In this document: piece after piece, positions 9,027-19,450 of the stretch
Layout: every line of letters begins with the position of its first letter
How positions within the stretch are numbered: position 1 is the stretch's first letter
NCBI GenBank assembly: GCA_963758525.1
Contig: CAVWVQ010000003.1
Location: 1,312,001 to 1,376,000 of the forward strand
Direction of reading: 5' to 3'
Origin: an uncultured Phycisphaerales bacterium
Lineage (GTDB): Bacteria > Planctomycetota > Phycisphaerae > Tepidisphaerales > Tepidisphaeraceae
DNA: 64,000 nt
Made by a program: the position numbers and the translations under genes
The notes under the pieces: model-generated
Database searches by the model: none
Told to the model about the DNA's origin: nothing
Seen by the model: only the letters and a program-made list of their open reading frames with translations

Positions 9027-10649
9027 ATGGCGCAGCAAATTCTCGTCGGCGACACGCTGGCGGCCGAAGGTCTGGAATATCTCAAGAGCACGGGGTTTGC
9101 CTTCGACAATAAGGTCGGCCTCAAGGAAGCCGAACTGGCTGCGATCGTGGGATCGTACGATGCGCTGATCGTGCGCAGCGGCGCGAAGGTCACCGCGAAG
9201 GTTCTGGAAAACCCCGGCAAGCTCAAGGCGATCGCCCGCGCGGGCGTCGGGGTCGATAATATCGATCTGGAAGCCGCCACCGCCAAGGGGATCCTGGTTC
9301 TGAACACCGCCGAGGCGTCAACGCTTTCCACCGCGGAGCACGCATTGGCGTTGATGATGAGCCTTGCCCGCAAGATTCCCCAGGCTCACGCCCATGTGCG
9401 GTCCGGGCAGTGGAAGCGCAATCAATATCAAGGCACGCAGTTGGCCGGAAAAACGCTGGGCGTGGTGGGGCTCGGTCGCATCGGTCGAACCGTCGCGGTG
9501 CGCGCGTTGGCAATGGAGATGAACGTCGTCGGGTTCGATCCGTTCTTCAGCGGCGAGAGTGCTCTGGACGGCAAAGTGAAGCTCGTCCGCGATTTCGATC
9601 AGTTCCTGGCGATGATCGATGTGATTACGTTCCACGTCCCCGGCGGCGAGCAGACCAGGCATCTGCTCAACCGCGACCGCCTGATGGGCGGAAAGTGCCG
9701 GGCGAATCTGCTGGTGGTCAACGACGCGCGCGGCGAAGTGGTCGATGAATTCGCCCTGGCCGAGGCGCTGAAGGAAAAGAAAATCGCCGGCGCCGCGATC
9801 GACGTCTATCAGACCGAGCCGCCGCAGAAGGATCATCCGCTCTTCGCGCTGGAAAACGTGGTGCTTACGCCGCACCTGGGCGCCAGCACGGAGGAGGCGC
9901 AGACTGCCGTCAGTGTCGAGGCTTGTCGGTCCATTGTCGCATATCTCAAGAGCGGTGAGATTCGCGGCGCGGTGAACGCGGGCGGCGTCAAGCTCGATCT
10001 GCCGCCGGACGAAGCGCCGTTTGCGAAGCTGGCGAGCCGGATCGGATCGCTGCTCGCGGGGCTGTGCGACGGCGGTTACAAGACCATTACGATTCGCGCC
10101 AGCGGAACCCGCGCACCCAAGCTGATGAACACGCTGTTGCGGCTCGCGACGGTGGAACTGCTCAAGCCGCACCTGGCAACTCCCGTCAACGTCATCAACG
10201 TCGAGCACGTTGCCCGCAGCCGGGGCATCGAACTGGTGCAGATCAACGAGCCTGCGCCGCCCGCCGGACTGGTGGGAGACATCGTGGGCATTCGCGTCGA
10301 CGGAGGCAACGGCGAGAGCCACCGCGTGCTCGGCACGGTCTACGCTGACGGCTTGCCGCGCGTTCTGCGGGTCGACGGTTACGCGATGGACATGATCCCC
10401 GAAGGGCACATGGTGCTGCTCATCAATAAGGATGAGCCGGGCGTCATCGGCGTGGTCGGCAGCAGCTTCGGCGATGCAAAGGTCAACATTGCCGACATGG
10501 TCATCAGCCGGCACTTCGCGGGCGATACCGCCACGGCCCTGATGATGATCAAAGTCGACAGCCAGCCTCCCGAGGCGCTGCTGACGAAGCTTCGCGAACG
10601 TCCGAATATCGTGCGCGTAAAATCAGTCGTGCTGCCGGGCCGCGCATAA
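9027..10649 (+). CDS. serA: D-3-phosphoglycerate dehydrogenase (with ASB and ACT domains)
   Basis: Motifs RAGVGVDNID, GKTLGVVGLGRIG, TPHLGASTEEAQ and a C-terminal ACT domain (NKDEPGVIG); RBS AAGGA upstream. Confidence 0.96.
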   Translation: MAQQILVGDTLAAEGLEYLKSTGFAFDNKVGLKEAELAAIVGSYDALIVRSGAKVTAKVLENPGKLKAIARAGVGVDNIDLEAATAKGILVLNTAEASTLSTAEHALALMMSLARKIPQAHAHVRSGQWKRNQYQGTQLAGKTLGVVGLGRIGRTVAVRALAMEMNVVGFDPFFSGESALDGKVKLVRDFDQFLAMIDVITFHVPGGEQTRHLLNRDRLMGGKCRANLLVVNDARGEVVDEFALAEALKEKKIAGAAIDVYQTEPPQKDHPLFALENVVLTPHLGASTEEAQTAVSVEACRSIVAYLKSGEIRGAVNAGGVKLDLPPDEAPFAKLASRIGSLLAGLCDGGYKTITIRASGTRAPKLMNTLLRLATVELLKPHLATPVNVINVEHVARSRGIELVQINEPAPPAGLVGDIVGIRVDGGNGESHRVLGTVYADGLPRVLRVDGYAMDMIPEGHMVLLINKDEPGVIGVVGSSFGDAKVNIADMVISRHFAGDTATALMMIKVDSQPPEALLTKLRERPNIVRVKSVVLPGRA

Positions 10650-10684
10650 AGGCGCCCCGCCCGCATTTACTCCAGGCCTCCCCC

Positions 10685-10792
10685 GGTTAGCCGCGACGCG
10701 CAGCGGAGCGCGTATTCGTGCGGGATCGCGCGAGGGGTAAAATTGGGGCGTTTCTCGTTCAAATACGCGCTCCGCTGCGCGTCGCGGCTAAC
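10685..10792. repeat. REPIN-like inverted doublet, family B (second copy)
   Basis: Arms identical to 6058-6146; located just after the serA stop. Confidence 0.9.
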
Positions 10793-10808
10793 TACGGTTC
10801 TCGACCCC

Positions 10809-10866
10809 AATCCGAATCAGATCGCGTCTTGCTTCAAAAAAAAGCAGATCGGATCTGATTCGGATT
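10809..10866. repeat. 15-bp perfect inverted repeat between convergent genes (possible bidirectional terminator)
   Basis: AATCCGAATCAGATC ... GATCTGATTCGGATT. Confidence 0.6.
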
Positions 10867-10878
10867 TGCATTCGGGTC

Positions 10879-11079
10879 CTAATGTTTGTGATACTCGGTC
10901 AGCACCGGGACGGCATAGATCGCGACGGAGAAAAAGAACGCGAGCCAGCCGCTCCAGCGCGTGTGGCGATAGAGCATGAAGAGCACGAGCAGCAGAAAAA
11001 GGATCGCGCCAACGGTGGCTCCTCCGCCGGGTAGCGAGGGGTAGTGATACAGAAAATAACGGTGAAGAGATTCCGACAT
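10879..11079 (-). CDS. Small two-TM hypothetical protein
   Basis: AAGGAG RBS upstream; two hydrophobic segments in 66 aa. Confidence 0.6.
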   Translation of the reverse strand: MSESLHRYFLYHYPSLPGGGATVGAILFLLLVLFMLYRHTRWSGWLAFFFSVAIYAVPVLTEYHKH

Positions 11080-11318
11080 ATTCGACTCCTTGTTTGGTGC
11101 TGAAATCTATCACCACTCCGCGGCGCGGCCGGGAGCGGGCGGAATCCTGATCCATTTTCGGCGCTCGGCGGCGCGCTTCTATGACGCCTGTTCCAGCCGC
11201 GCGGCTGCACCGCTGCCGGCAATCTGCCTCCGCGTCCGGGTCATGACGTTGCGTTGATGATTGGGTAATCTGGGTAAATCGACTTGCCCGTTTCCACACG
11301 ATCTCAGGAGCCGAGCCA

Positions 11319-11561
11319 ATGCCCAGCACCGACGAAGAATTGAAAAAAGCGCTTCGTATGTTCAAGAAGCGGATGAAACTCACTCAACTCGATGACGACT
11401 CCAAGATCGGCCACGGGCCGATGAGTTCGGGTTCCCGGGAGAAGGTCGTTTCGATCCAGCCGCCCGCGGGATTCGGACGCGAAATCTGGGAAGAGCTTGC
11501 GGAAAAGGGATACCTCAAACGCGACGGCATCGGTTTCTACGAATTCGTCAAAGACTTTTGA
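11319..11561 (+). CDS. Small hypothetical protein (80 aa)
   Basis: AGGAG RBS and a protein-like sequence; it resembles a conserved planctomycete small-protein family (from recollection, unverified). Confidence 0.75.
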   Translation: MPSTDEELKKALRMFKKRMKLTQLDDDSKIGHGPMSSGSREKVVSIQPPAGFGREIWEELAEKGYLKRDGIGFYEFVKDF

Positions 11562-11598
11562 TGTTGTGATGTGCGAATTGCTCGTGCGGAGAAGATTC

Positions 11599-13578
11599 AT
11601 GCGTCATCGCGGCAGCGGCCTGGTCCGAATGTGTTGTCTGACATTATTGACCATTGCCTCATCGTCGCCGGCCGCTGACGAGGCGCCCAAGCCGCTGCTT
11701 CATCCGCTCTTCACCAGCGATATGGTTTTGCAGCGCGGCATCGAAGATCCCGTCTGGGGTTGGGCCGACGCCGGCGCCAGCGTGACCGTCTCCCTCAACG
11801 GCAAGACCGCCTCGGCCACCGCTGGCGCGGACGGAAAGTGGATCGCAAGGATCGGCCCATTCGACGCGGGCGGTCCGTACGAGATGACGGTTTCGGCAGG
11901 AGCGAGGGAGGAAAAGCTGTCCAACGTCCTCATCGGCGACGTCTGGCTCTGCTCCGGACAATCTAATATGGAGATGGGCATCGGCATCGCCAAAGAAGCG
12001 GAGCAGGAAATCGCCCGGGCGAATCATCCTCAATTGCGAATCTTCACTGTGCGGAAGACCATCGGGAGCAAACCGCTCGATTCGCTTCAGGGCGCCCTGC
12101 CGTGGCAGCCGTGTACGCCCAAGGCGATCGCGCAGGGCGGGTGGGGCGGCTTCTCCGCCGCCGCTTACTACTTCGGACGCGATCTGCAGAAGGAGCTGAA
12201 TGTGCCCATCGGGCTGATTCACAGCTCCTGGGGCGGGACCGTCTGTCAGGCCTGGACCAGCGCCGAAGCGCTCGACAAAAACATGCCCGATTTTCGCGGC
12301 GATGTTCTAGCCCAACGCGCACGCGCCTCGGTCGTTCTCAAGGGAACCCACGATGAACAGATGGCCGCGTGGTACGCGAAGTCCGATCCCGGCACCATCG
12401 CCGGCTGGGAGAAGCCCGACGCGAACGACTCGGACTGGAAGACGATGCAGCTGCCGACCTACTGGGAGCAGGCGAAGATCGGAATGGAGAACTTTGACGG
12501 CATCGTCTGGTTCCGCCGCGAGGTGACGATTCCGCAGGCCTGGGCCGGCAAGGAGCTGCGCCTGCATCTTGGACCGATCGACGACATCGACACCACGTGG
12601 GTCAACGGGACGCGCGTCGGCGGCATGAGCGAGTATACGCAAATGCGCGATTACGTCGTGCCCGCGCAGGCAACCCAAGGGGGGAAGCTTCTGATTGCCG
12701 TGCGCGTGCTCGACACCGGCGGCAACGGTGGACTCTGGGGAAAACCTCAGGACCTGCGCCTCGAAGGCGACGGCCAGCCGCCGATCGATCTGTCCGGCGA
12801 CTGGAAATACAACGCGAGCATGCCGCTCAACACCGCCGGCCCCGTTCCGGGGTTCCAGGAAAACAATCCGAATGTCGTCACCGTTCTGTTCAATGGGATG
12901 ATCAATCCACTGATTCCCTTTGGCATCAAGGGAGCGATCTGGTACCAGGGGGAATCAAACTCGGGCGCGGCGATGCAATACCGCCGGCTCCTGCCGACGA
13001 TGATCCGCGACTGGCGCTCTCGCTTCGGCGTCGGGGATTTCCCGTTCTTCATCGTGCAACTCGCCAACTTCAGGGACGCTGCCGACCAGCCCGCCGAATC
13101 CCAATGGGCCGAGCTGCGGGAAGCGCAGTCGCTGACAGCCGGGACCGTGGGCCACAGCGCCATCGCCAGCGCCATCGACATCGGTGACGCTCATGACATT
13201 CATCCCAAAAACAAGCAGGAAGTGGGCCGTCGCCTCGCCCTCGATGCGCTGGCAACGGTTTACGGCAGGGACATCGAATATTCCGGCCCGCAGTTCAAGA
13301 GCATGGAGAAAAAAGGCAACGCCATTGTCCTGCAATTCAGTCACGCCGCCGGCCTGGCCGCAAGAGACGGAGCGCTGAAGGGATTTGCGATCAGCGGCGA
13401 AGATCATCATTTCGTTTGGGCCGACGCGAAGATCGACGGGCAGAGCGTGATGGTGAGTTCCCCTCAGATCCAGGACCCGGCAGCGGTGCGATACGATTGG
13501 GCCGACAACCCCGACGGAAATTTGTATAACTCCGCCGGGCTTCCCGCGACGCCGTTCCGCACCGACTCTCCGCAATAG
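11599..13578 (+). CDS. Sialate O-acetylesterase family (SASA/SGNH) with an inserted sugar-binding domain, secreted
   Basis: Motifs GDVWLCSGQSNME, WGGT, GAIWYQGESN, DIHPKNK, AVRYDW and GLPATPFRTD. Confidence 0.92.
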   Translation: MRHRGSGLVRMCCLTLLTIASSSPAADEAPKPLLHPLFTSDMVLQRGIEDPVWGWADAGASVTVSLNGKTASATAGADGKWIARIGPFDAGGPYEMTVSAGAREEKLSNVLIGDVWLCSGQSNMEMGIGIAKEAEQEIARANHPQLRIFTVRKTIGSKPLDSLQGALPWQPCTPKAIAQGGWGGFSAAAYYFGRDLQKELNVPIGLIHSSWGGTVCQAWTSAEALDKNMPDFRGDVLAQRARASVVLKGTHDEQMAAWYAKSDPGTIAGWEKPDANDSDWKTMQLPTYWEQAKIGMENFDGIVWFRREVTIPQAWAGKELRLHLGPIDDIDTTWVNGTRVGGMSEYTQMRDYVVPAQATQGGKLLIAVRVLDTGGNGGLWGKPQDLRLEGDGQPPIDLSGDWKYNASMPLNTAGPVPGFQENNPNVVTVLFNGMINPLIPFGIKGAIWYQGESNSGAAMQYRRLLPTMIRDWRSRFGVGDFPFFIVQLANFRDAADQPAESQWAELREAQSLTAGTVGHSAIASAIDIGDAHDIHPKNKQEVGRRLALDALATVYGRDIEYSGPQFKSMEKKGNAIVLQFSHAAGLAARDGALKGFAISGEDHHFVWADAKIDGQSVMVSSPQIQDPAAVRYDWADNPDGNLYNSAGLPATPFRTDSPQ

Positions 13579-13579
13579 C

Positions 13580-14554
13580 ATGACTGCACCATCGCGCTAT
13601 CTCGTCACCGGCGGCGCGGGATTTATCGGCAGCCATCTTGTCGATCGGCTGCTCGCCGATGGGCACCAGGTGACGGTGTTCGACAATCTCTCGACCGGTC
13701 GGCGAAAGTTTCTTTCCAACGCAGCCGATCAATCGCGATTCAAGTTGATCGAGGGAGACCTGCTCGATGTCGGCGCGCTCACGACGGCCGTTGCCGGTCA
13801 GGATGCCGTCTTTCATCTCGCGGCCAACGCCGACGTGCGCTTCGGCGCTGATCATCCCCGCCGCGATCTGGAGCAGAACACCATCGCCACGCACAACGTC
13901 CTCGAAGCGATGCGCCAGACCGGAGTCAGGCAGATCGCCTTCGCTTCAACCGGCTCGGTCTACGGCGAGCACGATGTTTTCCCAACGCCGGAAAATGCCC
14001 CCTTCCCCGTACAAACTTCTCTTTATGCCGCGTCAAAACTGGCCGGCGAAGCGCTGATCGAAGCGTACTGCGCCGCCTTCGCAATGCGCGGGTTCATCTT
14101 CCGCTTCGTCTCCATTCTCGGCGAGCGGTATTCCCACGGCCACGTGTTCGACTTCATTCAACAGCTTTCAGCCGACCCGACGCGCATCACCATCCTGGGC
14201 GACGGCCGGCAGCGCAAAAGCTATCTCTACGTGCAGGATTGCATCAGCGCAATGCTCACGGCAGTGCAACGCGCGCCGGGGACGATCAATATTTTCAATC
14301 TCGGCACCGAGCAATACTGCACCGTCAACGACTCCCTCGGCTGGATCTGCCACCACCTCGGCGTGAACCCCGCCGTCACCTACACCGGCGGCACCCGCGG
14401 ATGGATCGGGGACAGTCCGTTCATCTTTCTCGACACGGCCCGGATCCGCGCACTTCAGTGGAAACCGACCCTGACGATTGAGCAGGCGATCCTCAAGACC
14501 GTCGACTATCTCCGCGACAACCAGTGGCTGTTCGCATCGCGCGGCAACGGATAA
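13580..14554 (+). CDS. NAD-dependent epimerase/dehydratase (GalE-like)
   Basis: [10 protein letters not shown], the YAASK catalytic motif, and [12 protein letters not shown]. Confidence 0.92.
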   Translation: MTAPSRYLVTGGAGFIGSHLVDRLLADGHQVTVFDNLSTGRRKFLSNAADQSRFKLIEGDLLDVGALTTAVAGQDAVFHLAANADVRFGADHPRRDLEQNTIATHNVLEAMRQTGVRQIAFASTGSVYGEHDVFPTPENAPFPVQTSLYAASKLAGEALIEAYCAAFAMRGFIFRFVSILGERYSHGHVFDFIQQLSADPTRITILGDGRQRKSYLYVQDCISAMLTAVQRAPGTINIFNLGTEQYCTVNDSLGWICHHLGVNPAVTYTGGTRGWIGDSPFIFLDTARIRALQWKPTLTIEQAILKTVDYLRDNQWLFASRGNG

Positions 14555-14586
14555 AGCAAGGCCTGGCGCAGAGCAAGAAAACCCAG

Positions 14587-14893
14587 CTTCGCGTGCCCTC
14601 TCGCAGTACTCTGCACCGAGTTTCCCGCCCTGCCCCCAGTACTCTCGGAAAGAAGCCGCCTTCGCGCCCTCTCGCGCAGTGCTCTGCACCGAGTCTCCCG
14701 CCCTGCCCCCAGTACTCTCGGAAAGAAGCCGCCTTCGCGCCCTCTCGCGCAGTGCTCTGCACCGAGTCTCCCGCCCTGCCCCCTCTCCCAGTACTCTGGG
14801 AGAGGGTTGGGGTGAGGGTGATTTCGAGCACCAACGGCGTTCCACATTCCAAATTACCCTCACCCCGGCCCTCTCCCGGCGTACCGGGAGAGG
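14587..14893. repeat. About 2.6 copies of a 71-73-bp tandem repeat merging into a family C REP doublet
   Basis: Unit starts GCCCTCTCGC at 14595, 14666 and 14739, followed by CCCCTCTCCCAGTACTCTGGGAGAGGG...CCCTCTCCCGGCGTACCGGGAGAGG. Confidence 0.85.
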
Positions 14894-14992
14894 CAAGGCG
14901 GTTTGTCGTCGCAGCTAAGCGTTACATCCTCAGAGCGAGCGTGAACGCCAGTAAGCTGGAAGCCTGCACCGCAATTTGATAAGCAGAGCCGC

Positions 14993-16056
14993 ATGTCCGA
15001 TCCGCTGCAGAACAAAACCGCGCTGGTGACGGGAGCCTCCCGCGGCCTGGGGTTGGAAATCGCCCGCTCCCTGATAGCAGCCGGCGCAAACGTCGCGCTG
15101 TGCGCCGCGCATGCGTTCGCCGCGCCTCAACGGCAGCGCTCCGCAAGCGCCAACCTTCTTTCCCCTCCCCTGGTACTCCGGGGGAGGGTCAGGGTGGGGG
15201 CTCAGCTGGAAAGATGCATACGGGCACGAACCTCCGCGACAGCCCCCCCCCACCCCAACCCTCCCCCGGAGTACCAGGGGAGGGGGAAAGCGCCGGCCCG
15301 CAATCCTCGCCCAACGTCTCGGGCGGACCGCCGCCCGGTGCGACCCCGATCACCCCTCGTGTCGCCGACGCCTCTGATCCTGGCGCCACAAAAATCACCA
15401 CGCACGTCGCCGATCTTTCTGATCCGCGCACTCCGCGGCGATTGATCGATGAGGTGATCGCTGCTCACGGCCGCCTCGACATCCTGATCAACAATGCGGC
15501 GGTGCAGGGTCCGATCGGTCCGTTCGAATCGATCGATCTCGAGCAATGGAGCGATGTCTTTGCGGTGAATTTCTTCGCCGCCGCGCGTCTCATTCAAATG
15601 GCGGTTCCCTTCATGCGAGCGGGCGGCGGAAAGATCATCAACCTCTCCGGCGGCGGCGCCGCCTCGCCGCGCCCGCACGTCTTGGCATACGGAGCCTCCA
15701 AATGCGCGCTGGTGCGGCTCACGGAAACGCTCGCGATTGAGCTGAAGCACTGTCGCATTGACGTCAACGCCGTCGCCCCCGGCCCGATGAACACGCGCAT
15801 GCTCGACGAAGTGCTCGCCGCCGGCCCCGGCGGCGCGCCGCTGGAGTTTGAATCCGCGCGCCAACGCAAACAGACCGGCGGCGCGTCTCCCGAGAAAGCC
15901 GCCGATCTGGTGCTGTTTCTCTCCTCGCCCGCCAGCGACGGCATCACCGGCCGCCTGATCAGCGCCGTCTGGGACGACTGGAAATCGCTGCGAGCCCAGG
16001 ATCTGGAAGGAACCGACCTCCTGACTCTCCGCCGCGTGACCGGCATCACCAAATGA
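14993..16056 (+). CDS. SDR-family oxidoreductase with an internal REP doublet insertion and a frameshift near 15105-15160
   Basis: The N-terminal TGASRGLG is in one frame; LINNAA and the YGASK catalytic motif are in another. Family C REP arms lie at 15161-15288, inside the gene. Confidence 0.8.
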
Positions 16057-16110
16057 CCTTGCGCAAACGCGCGTCGTTCATCTCCAACGTCCGCGCGAAT
16101 CCGTGAAGAG

Positions 16111-16214
16111 GAATACGAATCTGCACGAATGGGCACGAATCCTCACGAATCGGCCCGAAGTAATTTCGAATTTACTTCGTGAAGATTCGTGCAAAATTCG
16201 TGTCCATTCGTGTT
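16111..16214. repeat. Opposed arrays of about 10-mer units (CACGAAT ... ATTCGTG)
   Basis: Four ACGAAT-ending 10-mer units, then four TTCGTG-containing units in inverse orientation. Confidence 0.8.
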
Positions 16215-16499
16215 CTGCATCTCTCGGTCACTCCGGACCGGGAGATCGCACAAGAGCCGTTCGCAGTTCAAGTTTTTGTGTCTTTCCCCGCGGTGTAGCC
16301 GCCGAGCTTGCTCGCGCGCATTTGTTCGCCCCTCGGGAAAACCGCGAGCGAGCTCGGGGCTTCACGGGATCAGCACGGGAAGAACCCAACCCCATCGTGC
16401 CAAAAGCCCGGGCACACCGCACGGTGGCGCCCGCCCTGCACCGCCACTTTCTCATTTCGCCCCCTTCCCGTATCCTGAAGTTTTAACACCGGAGCCATT

Positions 16500-17478
16500 A
16501 TGTGGGGCAACCAACGCGGCTGGATTTTCGCGGCCATCATCGCGGTCGGCATGGGCGCTTTGCTCACTTTTGCGGTCATTCCGCCGGGGATGACCGCGCC
16601 CACCAGAACCCTCACGCTCGCGATGAAGCCGGCCGATTTCTCCATCGATCCAAATGCCATTGTTCCGCCGCCGACCGGCGACAGCGATGCCGGTCCGATC
16701 TATCGTCAGGCCGGCGACGAGTGGAGCAACCACAGCGACATCTACGAGGAGATGCAGAAAAACATCACCACGGCGAGCAACAATCTTCCCGCGCCGGTGA
16801 CCGACATTCTTTCCGCCAGCGACTATGGAAAGATGGATCTCTTCGCCACTCATCTTGATGACGTGATCGGCTACCGCGATCGGCCCACTTTGCTGGGGCT
16901 GTATACCGCCGGGCAATTGCTCAATTCGCTGGCGCTGCTCCATACCAAGGGCAAATACACCAACCTCAAGAAGGCGTCACAATACGCCACCGCCGAGTTC
17001 AACCTGGGCCGGCACCTGTATCAGGAACGGATCGTCTTCGATGAATGGATCGACGGATTGAGCCTGATGTCGAATGCCGCCATGGTGCTCGCGCTTGCGG
17101 AGAAGAATCCGTCCAGGGTTCAAACTGACAAGGAGTTCGGTTTTGCCGTCGATGATTTCGTGAAGAACCAGGCGACCAAGCTCTGGAGCGTGATCGGCGG
17201 GATGTCTGAAGAGGACAAAGTCAAATACGCCGGCGATATGTTCCTGATCGCGCGGGAAAGCCCCGAGAGGATGTGGCGTGTGGAAGCGACGTTGAAGCTC
17301 GGCAAATTCAAGTTCAACGCACCGACCAAGGGCGATCAGATCGGCGCCGAGCGCAGTGCTGCGCCAGATGGCGTCGGCAACGTCGCTTTCGCCCGACCCG
17401 CTGACCCAATCGACGGTTCACGCGGCGGCGCTCTCGGCGGCAAATCTGACGATCGAGGACTATCGGCTCATCAAGTAA
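16500..17478 (+). CDS. Hypothetical membrane-anchored helical protein; frameshift near 17352
   Basis: N-terminal TM segment; after a frame change it ends ...ANLTIEDYRLIK* at 17478, just before the next start. Confidence 0.7.
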
Positions 17479-17483
17479 AACGC

Positions 17484-19450
17484 GTGTCGTCTCCAACCGA
17501 AGCTGTTATCGACCAAAAGGGGGCTGCGCCGGGCGTGTTGCCCGACGTGGCCTCCATCTCCAATGCCTCGCTGCTCGCGTGGATGTTCCGCTTCCTGCGG
17601 CCGGTGCGCACGCAGGTGTTCTTCGCCTGCGCGTATCTCACGTTCGCCGTCGGCGCCGAAGTGCTGGCCGTGAAGCAGACCGGCCGCGCCGCCGACGCGA
17701 TCCAGCGTCTCTCTCCGGTGCCGGGCGGAGTGGGAAGCTTCCTCCACTGGTTTCTCGGCCCCAGCGGCCGCCTCCCTTCGCTGGTGGACGTGCTGCATAA
17801 CTTCGCCGCCGACACCCGCGATCTGCCGGCGCTGCTCCTGGGCCTGGTGCTGGTCACAGCGGCGTTTCTCTTCCTGCGCTATCGCCGGTTCGTCGCTGAA
17901 GCCCGGCTGAGCATGATGGTCGTCTTCTACATCCGCGAAGCCGTCTACGACAAGCTCCAGCGCGTCGGCTTCGGGTTCCACGACGCCCTCTCGTCCGGCC
18001 AGCTCATCAACCGCGCGCTCACCGATCTGCAGAACGTGCGCGCGTTCATTCAAACTGCCGTCCTGACTACTCTCGAAATCACGCTCATCGTCGGCGGGTA
18101 CATGATCCTGGTCCTGACGCTGTCGCCCTGGGTGGCGGCGCTCTCGCTGCTGCCGCTCCCGGTCTGGACGTGGTACATCCTCCGCTTCAGCCGGCGCGTG
18201 CAGCCCGCCGCCAAGGCGGTCATGGAAGCCGACGACCGCAACGTCTCGATCATCGCGGAAAATATTGCCGGCGTTCACGTCGTCAAAGCCTTCGCGATCG
18301 AGGACCAGGAAATCAAACGCTATGACGCCCACTGCAAAACATTCTTCCAGCGCATGCGCGACCGCATCAGCATCCTGGCGGATTTCACGCCCGTCATCCG
18401 CGGAATCGCTTCGGCGTCGTATCTGATCCTTTTTCTCGCCGCCGGTCTGCTGATGATTCACGGCAAGCTGCGCGCCGGCGATTTTCTGATTCTCGGCTCC
18501 GCGATGGGCCAGATTCTCAGCCGTCTGCAAGCGGTCAGCGTCATCAACGAGCAATATCAAAATGCCATCGTCTCTGCGCGACGCCTGTACGAGGTGCTCC
18601 ACGCTCCCGCGACCGTTCCGCAATGGCCCGGCGCGATCGCTCTCCCGCCGGGACCCGGCGCGGTGCGATTCGAGGCTGTGCAGTTTGGCTACGACCCCAG
18701 CAAACCGGTGTTGCGCGACATCAGTTTTGACGTGAAGGGCGGCAGCCGCGTTGCGATCGTCGGACCAACCGGCTCGGGCAAAACGACGCTCGTCAATCTG
18801 CTGGCCCGTTTCTACGATCCCGGCGAGGGACGAATCCTCATCGACGGAAAAGACATTCGCGACCTCACGCTCGCGAGCCTGCGCACGCAGGTCGCGTTTG
18901 TCTTTCAGGAAACGTATCTCTTCAGCGACACCGTGGCCGCGAATATCGCCTACGGCCGGCCCAACATCAGCTTCGGTGATATCGAAGCCGCCTCGCGGCT
19001 CGCGCAGCGCACGAGTTCATCGAGCATCTTTCCAGCGGATACGAAACGATGCTCGGCGAGCGCGGTTCATCCCTCTCCGGCGGCCAGAAACAGCGCCTCG
19101 CGATCGCCCGCGCTATTCTTACCAATCCGCGCATCCTCGTCCTCGACGACGCCACCGCCAGCGTCGATCCGGAGACCGAGGATCTGATCCGTCGCGGCAT
19201 GCGCTTCGTCATGGAGGGCCGCACCACTTTCGTCATCGCCCACCGCATCAGCACCGTCAAGCAGGCGGATCTGGTCATCGTGCTCGAGCAGGGGCGGGTG
19301 ACACAGCTCGGCACCCACGAGCAGCTCATGCGCGAGGACGGACACTACCGCGAGATCGCCCGCGTTCAGCTCTTCGGCGACAGCGACGAAGCGATCGTGC
19401 TTCCCGCCGGCGCGGACATGGCCGCGCAGCAGAGGGGAGATCGCCGATGA
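17484..19450 (+). CDS. ABC exporter, fused permease/ATPase subunit A; frameshift near 19008
   Basis: TM domain and Walker A GPTGSGKT; after the shift, LSGGQKQR, ILVLDDATAS and IAHR. Confidence 0.9.

Noticed and set aside
14587..14781. CRISPR-like array
   Set aside because: The units are near-identical over their whole length, with no unique spacers and no cas genes.
16500..19187. Apparent 895-aa fusion of an unknown domain to an ABC transporter
   Set aside because: A frame change near 17352 gives a natural stop at 17478 and a separate GTG start at 17484, so the fusion is probably an indel artefact.
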